Source of the DNA: a candidate division WOR-3 bacterium
GTDB lineage: Bacteria > Hydrothermota > Tepidihabitantia > Tepidihabitantales > CAIPLT01
Length of the DNA: 18,338 bases
Direction of reading: 5' to 3'
Assembly: GCA_965649215.1 (NCBI GenBank)
Contig: CBFGJZ010000003.1
Span: 79,504 to 97,841 of the forward strand
Shown: positions 1 through 8,207 of the stretch, one piece after another
Layout of the letters: every line of letters begins with the position of its first letter
Numbering within the stretch: position 1 is the first letter of the stretch
Made by a program: the position numbers and the translations under genes
The notes under the pieces: generated by a model
What the model saw: the letters and a program-made list of their open reading frames with translations, nothing else
Told to the model about the DNA's origin: nothing
Databases searched by the model: none

Positions 1-619
1 TCTCCACATCTTGCATAAACCATTGTCGAGCTGTATCACCCTGCTTTGTCTTCTGCAAGGACTCACCAAGCGCATCGCTTTCAATACTTGCCAACCAATA
101 GGCATAGGGATTTTGTTTAATCGTATTCGGATTCGCTAATACTTCATTATTTAGTTGACTAATACGACCTTTGATATATAAAGGGATCTTTATTGTATTG
201 CCATTCTGCTTAACTCTCAGTTCGTTTATCACCTCATGATCCGTAACAATTTCAATAGTTTTAATCTTATTTAATATCTTGCACGCAAAATCATCAAACC
301 CAATTTTAACTTGACGATTATGCTCCACACTCAACCAGATATGATTTGGTAAATAAAATAAAGCCGCCAGAAAACTAAAACCCCGAATCGTCTCTTGTTG
401 CTCCTTATCACAGGAGAATTCAAAGGAAACATCTTTTGATTTTTCTTTGTGATTAAATATCGCCACTTCTTGATAAATCGCACAAGATTGGGGACAACCA
501 ATACAGGGCTCTTCTCTATATAACGCATTGGTCGGCAACATCTTCTTAATTGGATAAGCATTACAATACCGAACCACAACTTCTTCTAAAAAGGGACATT
601 TATTCTTTTTCATAGTCAT
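1..619 (-). CDS. Cys-rich N-terminal domain + glycine cleavage H (GcvH)-like domain protein, 3' truncated by window edge
   Basis: Not in ORF track. Manual translation from ATG 619 (alt. ATG 613) is open to position 1: MTMKKNKCPFLEEVVVRYCNAYPIKKMLPTNALYREEPCIGCPQSCAIY...RGFSFLAALFYLPNHIWLSVEHNRQVKIGFDDFACKILNKI...KGRISQLNNEVLANPNTIKQNPYAYWLASIES...ARQWFMQDVE. The motifs H-x-W, IGFDDFA, G-x-I-xx-N-xx-L-xx-P and NPY-xx-WL match the GcvH fold. Confidence 0.85.
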   Translation of the reverse strand, partial: MTMKKNKCPFLEEVVVRYCNAYPIKKMLPTNALYREEPCIGCPQSCAIYQEVAIFNHKEKSKDVSFEFSCDKEQQETIRGFSFLAALFYLPNHIWLSVEHNRQVKIGFDDFACKILNKIKTIEIVTDHEVINELRVKQNGNTIKIPLYIKGRISQLNNEVLANPNTIKQNPYAYWLASIESDALGESLQKTKQGDTARQWFMQDVE

Positions 620-630
620 ATTATATAATA

Positions 631-646
631 TGCAAATTCTATGCCA
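631..646 (-). promoter_or_regulatory. sigma54 (-24/-12) promoter of the GcvH-like gene
   Basis: Minus strand reads TGGCATAGAATTTGCA, matching TGGCAC-N5-TTGCW with exact GG-N10-GC spacing. It lies directly downstream of a sigma54 activator gene. Confidence 0.85.
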
Positions 647-676
647 TAATTAAATTTTATATTATAAGTTCTTTAA

Positions 677-689
677 TAACAATAAGTTA
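677..689. promoter_or_regulatory. Putative IHF site between sigma54 promoter and enhancer region
   Basis: TAACAATAAGTTA matches WATCAR-N4-TTR with one mismatch, in an AT-rich tract about 60-70 bp upstream of the predicted +1. Confidence 0.4.
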
Positions 690-723
690 AATTAAAATAC
701 TGATAACAAAATCTTTTATGGGA

Positions 724-800
724 GTGTTGCAAAATATTACTAAAGGTGTTTAATTTTGTAATTATGGTAGCTAATTTATAATAAAAGTGTATAATTGTTA
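724..800. promoter_or_regulatory. Putative upstream activator (enhancer) sites
   Basis: GTGT/GTAG-headed AT-rich units at 724, 746, 767 and 787 (20-22 bp period), e.g. TGTTGCAAAATATTACT at 725-741, about 105-180 bp upstream of the sigma54 +1. Confidence 0.3.
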
Positions 801-839
801 AGCAATGGAAAGATTGATTGTTTAATGCTTTATGTTGGG

Positions 840-2207
840 TTAGAACTTAAGTTCGTCAAGGTTGATGTTATACTCTTTAATTTTACGATACAAAGTAACT
901 CGATTAATACCTAAAATTTGTGCTGCTTTGCTGATATTGCATTTTGTGCTTAATAATACACTGATAATATGTTCTCTTTCAATCTCTTGTAAAGATTTCT
1001 CTATTTCTTTGGTAGGTTTACTTTCACTTTTTGTAGCATAACAAAAATTGGGCAAAGCTTTTGGTGATATGATAGGCCCTTCGTTTACTATTACCGCGTG
1101 TTCAATTGCGTTTTCTAATTCTCGCACATTGCCGGGCCAATCATATTCCATCAGTATTTGCAAGGCACTTTCTGATATCTTTTCAATATTTTTGCCAGTT
1201 TCGATGCGATATTTGTTAATGAAATGGTTGACCAATAATGGGATATCTTCTTTACGTTCTCTTAAAGGTGGGACGGTTATTGTAAAAACATTTAAACGGT
1301 AGTATAAATCGTCTCGAAACCTACCCTCATTGACCAATTTCTTTAAATCTTGATTTGTTGCCGCAATTATCCGTACATCTACTTTTATCTCTTCAGTGCC
1401 ACCTAACCTTCGAAATGTTCTTTCTTGAAGAAACCGCAATAAATCAACCTGTGTTTTCGCATCAATGTCTCCAATTTCATCTAAAAATAGAGTGCCGTTG
1501 TCGGCAAGTTCAATTTTCCCTTTTTTCTGGCTGACCGCACCAGTAAACGCACCTTTTTCATAACCAAACAGTTCTGCTTCTAATAATGATTGTGGCAATG
1601 CACCACAAGCTAATGCAATGAATGGTCCTTCGGGTCTTAGACTGTTTTCATGAATTGCCCTTGCTACCAATTCTTTACCGGTCCCTGATTCGCCTTCAAT
1701 TAAAACTGTTGATTTAGTCGGCGCCACGGTTCTAATCAATTCAAAGATCGCTTGCATTTTGGAACTTTTACCTATAATATCTTGCATCTGATAGCGGTGC
1801 GACAGTTCTTTTTTAAGTAAGATATTCTCTTTTACTAAATTTTGGTGTTCAATAATCTTTTTAATGATACTACCTAATTCTTCGGGGTGAAACGGTTTCA
1901 CAATATAATCATAAGCACCTTGTTTAATTGCCGCAACCGCGGTATCCACAGTTGCATAAGCAGTAACAATAATCACAGGTATGTCAAGTTTCATCTCTTT
2001 GACCCGTTTGAGAACTTCTAACCCATCCATTTTCGGCATTTTTAAATCCAAAAGCATCACATTGTATTTCTCTTTTTGTACTGCTTCTAATGCTTTAAAA
2101 CCATCTTCAACTGCATCAACCGAATAACCATCCTCTTTAAGCCAGTCGGTTAACGACTCACGCATGATTTCTTCATCATCAACTATTAATATTCTGCCCG
2201 TTTCCAT
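840..2207 (-). CDS. Sigma54-dependent response regulator, NtrC/AtoC family (REC-AAA+-Fis HTH)
   Basis: ILIVDDEE and LLDLKMP (phospho-Asp); Walker A GESGTGKE; GAFTGA loop; Walker B LFLDEI; WPGNVREL; HTH AAQILGINRVTLYRK. Confidence 0.97.
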   Translation of the reverse strand: METGRILIVDDEEIMRESLTDWLKEDGYSVDAVEDGFKALEAVQKEKYNVMLLDLKMPKMDGLEVLKRVKEMKLDIPVIIVTAYATVDTAVAAIKQGAYDYIVKPFHPEELGSIIKKIIEHQNLVKENILLKKELSHRYQMQDIIGKSSKMQAIFELIRTVAPTKSTVLIEGESGTGKELVARAIHENSLRPEGPFIALACGALPQSLLEAELFGYEKGAFTGAVSQKKGKIELADNGTLFLDEIGDIDAKTQVDLLRFLQERTFRRLGGTEEIKVDVRIIAATNQDLKKLVNEGRFRDDLYYRLNVFTITVPPLRERKEDIPLLVNHFINKYRIETGKNIEKISESALQILMEYDWPGNVRELENAIEHAVIVNEGPIISPKALPNFCYATKSESKPTKEIEKSLQEIEREHIISVLLSTKCNISKAAQILGINRVTLYRKIKEYNINLDELKF

Positions 2208-2222
2208 AAATTGTTCCCCTAC

Positions 2223-2250
2223 ATTATAACAAACTAAATTAGCTCGTCAA
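2223..2250 (-). promoter_or_regulatory. sigma70-type promoter of the response regulator gene
   Basis: TTGACG (2250-2245), 16 bp spacer, TATAAT (2228-2223) with an extended -10 TGn. Confidence 0.7.
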
Positions 2251-2267
2251 CAAAAATAGTTGCAAAT

Positions 2268-2816
2268 TTAATCATTTAAGTCTTTACAATTTTGTATTAA
2301 TACGGATAAGCAACTACTACAAAAATTAAGTTCTTTTCTATCAATACCCGTAATGTTTGCTGAAAAATGCATCACACATTCCTTTTCATCGCAATGTAAC
2401 AAGCCAAAAGTGTGTCCTAACTCATGAATTGCTTCTTTGCTGGCACGTTCTAATAAAATCTGTTGATTGGCTAATAAACTATAAAACTCTTGTCGCAATC
2501 GCTTTATTGAGATTACTGCTGCGCAACCATTTAATTGAGCTTCGCCAAACACAAAAGTTAAAACTGGCGTTGCCAAATCAACATCAGTTACGCCCAAAAT
2601 TTTTAATCCATCATTGGGAATTAGTTTTGTTAACTGCTCTAATATACGAGACGAAAAATATTGTTCCCTACGATGTTCATAAGCATATTCTGGATTTGGT
2701 ATCGGAGTTAAAAGACATGTATCTAAATTAAAGGCTAACTTAACTTTCTGCTCAATTTCTTTTAATATGATCTGTTCAATCTCACCCATTGGCAATAAAT
2801 AGATAATTCGTTTCAT
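2268..2816 (-). CDS. Archaemetzincin family (M54) zinc metalloprotease
   Basis: HELGHTFGLLHCDEKECVM...FCSSC fits HExxHxxGxxHC-x4-C-x-M-x17-CxxC; also R-x-Q-Y and TDVDL...FVFGEA. No signal peptide. Start overlaps the kinase stop (TAATG). Confidence 0.93.
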   Translation of the reverse strand: MKRIIYLLPMGEIEQIILKEIEQKVKLAFNLDTCLLTPIPNPEYAYEHRREQYFSSRILEQLTKLIPNDGLKILGVTDVDLATPVLTFVFGEAQLNGCAAVISIKRLRQEFYSLLANQQILLERASKEAIHELGHTFGLLHCDEKECVMHFSANITGIDRKELNFCSSCLSVLIQNCKDLND

Positions 2817-4744
2817 TAACTGCGGTTTTGAGTAATTGGTAATCGAATTGTAAAAGTCGTTCCCTTACCAACCTCACTGTTTACTTCAATTTCGCCATTA
2901 TGTCTGCTGATAATACCATATACAACTGATAATCCCATACCCGTGCCTTTAGGTTTAGTTGTAAAAAACGGCTCAAATATCTGAGTTAAATGCTCTTTCG
3001 GAATACCAACCCCTGTGTCTTTAAACATGATTTGTAACATATTCCGCTCTTTTAATTCTTCCGTGGTAATCGTTAATTTACCCCCTTGTTCCATGGCTTC
3101 AACCGCGTTAATAATTAAGTTCATAAAAACCTGCTGTAATTGAGAAAAATCAGCCGTAATGCGTGGCAATGTTGCAAAATTAGTCTCAACCGTTATATTT
3201 TGTAATCTAATCTTATGTTCCAAGAGATCTAAAGATTCAGAAATTACTAAATTAACATCTACTAACTTCAAATTCGGGTCGCGTTGTCGGGCAAAGTCCA
3301 ATAAATTCTTAACAATAGTTGAGACCCGTTCGGTTTCATTTTCTACTTTATCTAAATATCTTCGAAAGTCGCCATCGGCATCGCTCCGTTTTTCTAATCG
3401 CTTTTTAATCAAGCGAATATAAGTTAAGACTCCGGTAAGAGGATTGTTGATTTCGTGCGCGACACCCGCCGATAGTTGTCCTAACGTGGCCAATCTTTCT
3501 GAACGCATAATCTGTTGTTGAGTATATTCTTTTAGCTCCGATTCTCGTTCTTTTAAAGATTTAATCATCATATTAAAAGCATTAGCTAATTCTCCAACTT
3601 CATCTGAGGTAGTAACATCAACTTTGACATCAAAATTACCATTTGCAATCTGACGGGAGACCTGCACCATTTTATCCAAAGGTTTTAAGATCGTTCGGCC
3701 TAAAAAATGAGCAATAAAAATTGCTACACCCATTCCCATAATAACAATTGCTAAGAAAATGCTAATCGTGCGCTTGCGCATATCTGCGTATTTTTCTTCT
3801 AAAATTCCGACATATAAAATACCGATCACACCGCCGTTAATATCTCGAATCGGTTCATAGGCGGTAAGATACCAATTATTAACGACAAAAGCACGGTCAT
3901 AATAGGATTCACCTCGGCCTAATACTTGGTCATAAACATTCGCTGCAATACGAGTGCCAATTGCTCGTTCTCCATCTTCTCGACGCACATTTGTGGAAAT
4001 TCGTAAGTCGCCCTGAAAGATCGTTGCGGTACCGATATCTTTGCCTTTATATGATTCATTGCCAAAAACAACCTCTTTAATTTTATCCACCAAGTCGTAA
4101 TTCTTATTTAATAAGCGCCCCCCATAGATAACACCGATAAACTCACCTTCTGCGGAAAAAACAGGTGCGGCTGCTAATATCACCATTCCGATCGATGATT
4201 CGTCACGGGCTTCTGTGGTCTTTGCCATTGGTGTCGGAAAAATCTTAATGGTTGCCTTTTGAACTAGCTTTTCATTACCTTCTTTTAATAAATCAGTCTT
4301 TTCTAAAATACAAGTTGAGACCACAACTTCTTTGTTTTTGAGAGCAACTTTGACAATATCATTATTAACCACATCTCCATAACGATGGGGATTTGCCAAT
4401 CTAAATATCACTTTGCCTTGACTGTCAACAATACTTAAAATATCCAACTTTTCTTTTTCTACAACCCAATCCAGTAATTGTTTTAATGCTTTGCGCTGTT
4501 GCGTACTAATTGCTTGTTTCACTAATAAACGCTCAGCATTTAATCGTAACAGGTCAGCAATATCACTGGCATAATCATTATAAATCTCGCGAGCCGCATT
4601 TATATCACTTTTTACCTTTGACTGGGCTTGATTAACAATTCCATTTGCAATAAAACGAATACCCACCCAAGTGGTAGTCACTCCAATAATCAACACTATT
4701 AACAAAAAAGCTAAAGTGAATTTTGCGGTTAACCGTAAAAACAT
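2816..4744 (-). CDS. Membrane sensor histidine kinase (extracytoplasmic Cache domain(s), HAMP, HisKA, HATPase_c)
   Basis: Two TM helices flank a Cache-type region (GTATIFQGDLRISTNV...GERAIGT). HAMP DEVGELANAFN; H-box AGVAHEINNPL; N-box QVFMNLIINA; DTGVGI; FEPFFTTK; GTGMGL. Confidence 0.96.
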   Translation of the reverse strand: MFLRLTAKFTLAFLLIVLIIGVTTTWVGIRFIANGIVNQAQSKVKSDINAAREIYNDYASDIADLLRLNAERLLVKQAISTQQRKALKQLLDWVVEKEKLDILSIVDSQGKVIFRLANPHRYGDVVNNDIVKVALKNKEVVVSTCILEKTDLLKEGNEKLVQKATIKIFPTPMAKTTEARDESSIGMVILAAAPVFSAEGEFIGVIYGGRLLNKNYDLVDKIKEVVFGNESYKGKDIGTATIFQGDLRISTNVRREDGERAIGTRIAANVYDQVLGRGESYYDRAFVVNNWYLTAYEPIRDINGGVIGILYVGILEEKYADMRKRTISIFLAIVIMGMGVAIFIAHFLGRTILKPLDKMVQVSRQIANGNFDVKVDVTTSDEVGELANAFNMMIKSLKERESELKEYTQQQIMRSERLATLGQLSAGVAHEINNPLTGVLTYIRLIKKRLEKRSDADGDFRRYLDKVENETERVSTIVKNLLDFARQRDPNLKLVDVNLVISESLDLLEHKIRLQNITVETNFATLPRITADFSQLQQVFMNLIINAVEAMEQGGKLTITTEELKERNMLQIMFKDTGVGIPKEHLTQIFEPFFTTKPKGTGMGLSVVYGIISRHNGEIEVNSEVGKGTTFTIRLPITQNRS

Positions 4745-4771
4745 TTTATTCAGTTTTACTAAATTTTGTTT

Positions 4772-6667
4772 TTACCGCAATAAGAGAAAGAAAAAGATAG
4801 CGATAATTGCAATCACACCCAGAAATAACCACCCTAAGTAAGTCTGTAAAAGACCACTATGAATCTTTTTACCGACTTTTACGATTTGTCCAATTAAATT
4901 TTTCCCTTGTTCAAAAATATCAAACACCTTTTTGTCAGCTACCCGATAAGCATCCGCCACAATTTTCATATCTTTAACTGATTCATAAAAATCAGCTCCG
5001 CTGTAAGAAGCTTCTTGTTGACTGACTGCGGTCTTATCTGGGCTAACCGCTTCACCACCAATAAACACAGCTGATTCTTTCACTCGTTTAGACTTCATCA
5101 TAAAATATATTATCAAACCAATTATAATTGCTGAGATGATTAAAACAACTGCCCATTTTGCATTAACAACCGGATAAAGTTCGGCCGTAAAATCATAATA
5201 TGTTTGAAAACTTAATTTGTTGATTAAAGACAATGGAAATTTAGCATAGACGCCAAATCCGATTGCCAATATTGATAAAACCAGCATCGGTAAAATCGCA
5301 CTCCATGATGGCTCTTTAATTGCAATTGCCGCTGTGTTTTTTGCTCTGGGCGCCAAAAAAACAGCATAGATCATCTTTAAGAAATAAGCCAAAGTCAGCA
5401 CACTGCCAAACATCGCTGCAATAATAAAAATCACAAAATACCACCCTTGAGGAGAACTACCAATATTAATAATTCCCTGATAAATTAACAATTTTGAAAA
5501 AAACCCGTTTAGTGGCGGTACACCTGAAATTGCTAAAGCAGCAATAAATGAAGTAATAAATGTAATTGGCATAAATCGAGCCAAGCCGCCTAATTTCAAA
5601 AAATCTGTCTCTTTACCTTGGGCTTCAACCACACCTGCGGTAAAGAACAATGAACTCTTATAAATCGTATTATTAAACATATGGAAAATTGCACCAATTA
5701 TGCCTAATGGTAAGGCACTGCCGATACCCAAGACCATATAACCAACCTGACTGATTGTGGAATACGCAAGTAGTCGCAAAAGATTTTTTGAAACCAAAGC
5801 CATCGCACTGCCAATAATAACTGTTAAACCACCGATCGACATCAGGACAATGCTCATTGCCGAACCGCTGTATACAGTAAACCAATCAAGGCAAAGCCGA
5901 GTCAGAAGATAAATACCCAATACTTTATCAATAATTCCAGGATATAAAACTAATACTGGTGATGGCGCACTTTCGGATGCATCCACAATCCAAGTATGAA
6001 AAGGTACTGCTCCGCTTTTAGTTAACACCCCTATTAGCAAAAGAATAAAAGCTAAAATAGAAAGTGATGAATTTAAAGACAGACGAATATCACTTAAAGT
6101 TGCTGAACCTGCTAAATAATAAACCAATGCAGCACCGATCAACATTAAAACATCTGATCCACCAATCATGACCAGTGTTTTATAAGCTGCTTGACTTGCC
6201 CCCGGCTTTCCCATCAATATTAAAAGATATAACAAGATTGCAATTGCCCCCCAAAATACTAATAACACCACCAAATTATCAGTTAACAGTACTATGCTGC
6301 TGGCGGTTAATGTCCATTGAAAATAAGCATAAAATTTATTAAATCGTTGTTCGTCAATCACAAAATTAACCAGATTTAAACTAAAAATTGCCACTAATAA
6401 TGTCAAGCTAAAAAGTACCATTAAAACAAGGCTGGCAAAGAACGACACCATAAAACTTAACGAAATATTAAATATTGAAAGAGTTAAGACATAACTGCCA
6501 TTATGGATAACCGCTAAAAAGATTTTTATGCCAATAATAAAAAGGACCAGGGAGATGATTAAATTAAATATGCGTTTAAATCGTTGAGTTTGGGGTGGCA
6601 GAAAAAATAAAATCACACCGCCAAGAAATGAAACTAACACTGGTAAGAAAAAAATTAAGTTATTCAT
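4772..6667 (-). CDS. Antiporter-like membrane subunit (NuoL/MrpA/HyfB/Mbx-H' type)
   Basis: Highly hydrophobic. TKSGAVPFHTW, LLAYSTISQVGY, HMFNNTIYKSSLFF, GVPPLNGFFSK, FIGGE, and a NuoL-like C-terminal amphipathic helix plus TM (KIHSGLLQTY). Confidence 0.9.
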   Translation of the reverse strand: MNNLIFFLPVLVSFLGGVILFFLPPQTQRFKRIFNLIISLVLFIIGIKIFLAVIHNGSYVLTLSIFNISLSFMVSFFASLVLMVLFSLTLLVAIFSLNLVNFVIDEQRFNKFYAYFQWTLTASSIVLLTDNLVVLLVFWGAIAILLYLLILMGKPGASQAAYKTLVMIGGSDVLMLIGAALVYYLAGSATLSDIRLSLNSSLSILAFILLLIGVLTKSGAVPFHTWIVDASESAPSPVLVLYPGIIDKVLGIYLLTRLCLDWFTVYSGSAMSIVLMSIGGLTVIIGSAMALVSKNLLRLLAYSTISQVGYMVLGIGSALPLGIIGAIFHMFNNTIYKSSLFFTAGVVEAQGKETDFLKLGGLARFMPITFITSFIAALAISGVPPLNGFFSKLLIYQGIINIGSSPQGWYFVIFIIAAMFGSVLTLAYFLKMIYAVFLAPRAKNTAAIAIKEPSWSAILPMLVLSILAIGFGVYAKFPLSLINKLSFQTYYDFTAELYPVVNAKWAVVLIISAIIIGLIIYFMMKSKRVKESAVFIGGEAVSPDKTAVSQQEASYSGADFYESVKDMKIVADAYRVADKKVFDIFEQGKNLIGQIVKVGKKIHSGLLQTYLGWLFLGVIAIIAIFFFLLLR

Positions 6668-6681
6668 TTACCCCCCCAATG

Positions 6682-8193
6682 TTACATCCCTACTTTACTA
6701 AAAACTACTTGGGCATATTGAGTACCCAGAAGAACCGCATCACGGGCTAAATCCAGAGTCCTTTCTCGTAAAGGGGGAATTAACAATACCGCCATACCCA
6801 CACAACAGACTGCTAAAATAACCATCGTTGTTGACATAAACTTAGGAACTTCTTTGATTTCAGATAATAAATCAGGTAAATTACCCATAAACACCTTGCG
6901 TTGGACTTTAATAAACGACGCCAAAGTAAGAATTGCGGCTAAACCTGCAATGCCTGCTAAAATATAATGTTGCGCCTGCACTGCGGCAATTATCAGTATT
7001 AACTTTGACCAAAAACCATTAAACGGCGGCACCCCTGAAGCAGCAAAAGAACCAATAAACCAACTGACACTACTGATTGGCATTTTCGCCTGTAAACCAC
7101 CCAGTTTGTTCATATCGCGAGTGCCCGTTGCATACTCAATCGCGCCCGCATTAAAAAACAGAAGCGACTTAAAAGCAGCATGATTCAAGAGATGAAATAA
7201 ACCGCCTAAAACGCCTAATGGCGTACCAATGCCAATTCCCAACAAAACATAACCAATTTGGCTGATACTGCAATAAGCCAATAATCGTTTAATGTCATTT
7301 TGGCCTAATTGCAATATCACCCCGACAATCATTGATAACCCGGCTAACACTAAAATAATGGTTGAAATACGCTTATCCATTCCAATCACATTATAGAAGA
7401 TGCGAATCATTCCGTATGCACCTAATACCTTTATGACAACCCCTGAAAGCATTGATGAAATCGGTGCTGGTGCGGATGGATGAGCATCGGGCAACCAAGC
7501 GTGAAATGGAATCAATGCTGCTTTAAGCGAAAAGCCAACTAATAACAAAATTGAAACCAAAATTATCACTGTGGCATTTGGATTTTGGGCTAATTTTTGG
7601 CTAATATCTGCCATATTCAAGGTACCCGTACCCGCATAGAGCAAAGCAATGCTCAATAAAATGAATAAAGAACCGATGCTTGCTAAAACCATATACTTAA
7701 ATGAAGCTTCCAGTTCTTCGGCTTCTACCCCAAAGCTAACTAAAACATAAGATGCGATTGCGGAAATTTCAATGAACACATACATATTAAACAAATCACC
7801 AGTCATCGCCACTCCGTTCATTCCACCAATCAGCAACATAAGTAAAGCATAAAACTTATACTTAGCGGTAAACTTCTCCATATAATTTATAGAATATAAA
7901 GTCGCCAAAAACCCAACGCTATTGATAATTAACAACATAAATGCCGAGAGCCCGTCAATTACCAATGTGATGCCAATTGGCGGACGCCAACCACCCATAA
8001 AATAAAGTAAAGGTGAATTATAGTAAACGCTAGCTAAGGTTAACAGAGAAAAGACTAAACAACTGGCGGTAGCAAGATTTGCCCAGATATCGCTGATTAT
8101 TTTAGCACGCTCTTTCAATAAAGAACCCAACAAATAAATAAAAAAAGCTGACCCTAAAGGAATCGCAATAAATAATGGCAAATATTTTTCCAT
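6682..8193 (-). CDS. Antiporter-like membrane subunit (MrpD/MbhH type)
   Basis: GGWRPPIGITLVIDGLS, TGDLFNMYVFIEI, LEASFKY, KAALIPFHAWLPDAHPSAP, SGVVIKV, GVPPFNGFWSK. Start placed at ATG 8193 behind SD AAGGAG. Confidence 0.92.
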   Translation of the reverse strand: MEKYLPLFIAIPLGSAFFIYLLGSLLKERAKIISDIWANLATASCLVFSLLTLASVYYNSPLLYFMGGWRPPIGITLVIDGLSAFMLLIINSVGFLATLYSINYMEKFTAKYKFYALLMLLIGGMNGVAMTGDLFNMYVFIEISAIASYVLVSFGVEAEELEASFKYMVLASIGSLFILLSIALLYAGTGTLNMADISQKLAQNPNATVIILVSILLLVGFSLKAALIPFHAWLPDAHPSAPAPISSMLSGVVIKVLGAYGMIRIFYNVIGMDKRISTIILVLAGLSMIVGVILQLGQNDIKRLLAYCSISQIGYVLLGIGIGTPLGVLGGLFHLLNHAAFKSLLFFNAGAIEYATGTRDMNKLGGLQAKMPISSVSWFIGSFAASGVPPFNGFWSKLILIIAAVQAQHYILAGIAGLAAILTLASFIKVQRKVFMGNLPDLLSEIKEVPKFMSTTMVILAVCCVGMAVLLIPPLRERTLDLARDAVLLGTQYAQVVFSKVGM

Positions 8194-8207
8194 TGACACT
8201 CCTTTAA

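Noticed and set aside
331-579. 82-aa minus-strand ORF in the track
   Set aside because: Out-of-frame shadow inside the real GcvH-like CDS (619..<1), which has recognisable motifs and a promoter.
1-619. Canonical glycine cleavage system (gcvH)
   Set aside because: Lipoyl-Lys motif absent, extra Cys-rich domain present, and no gcvT/gcvP in the window, so no gene symbol was assigned.
4745-4785. Separate promoter for the histidine kinase
   Set aside because: Only a weak TTGCGG-16-TAAAAC match; read-through from the upstream genes is the simpler explanation.
6671-6677. G7 tract in the RBS as a phase-variation switch
   Set aside because: Short; G-run SD sequences also occur at 2216-2219 and 13684-13688, so an ordinary RBS explains it.
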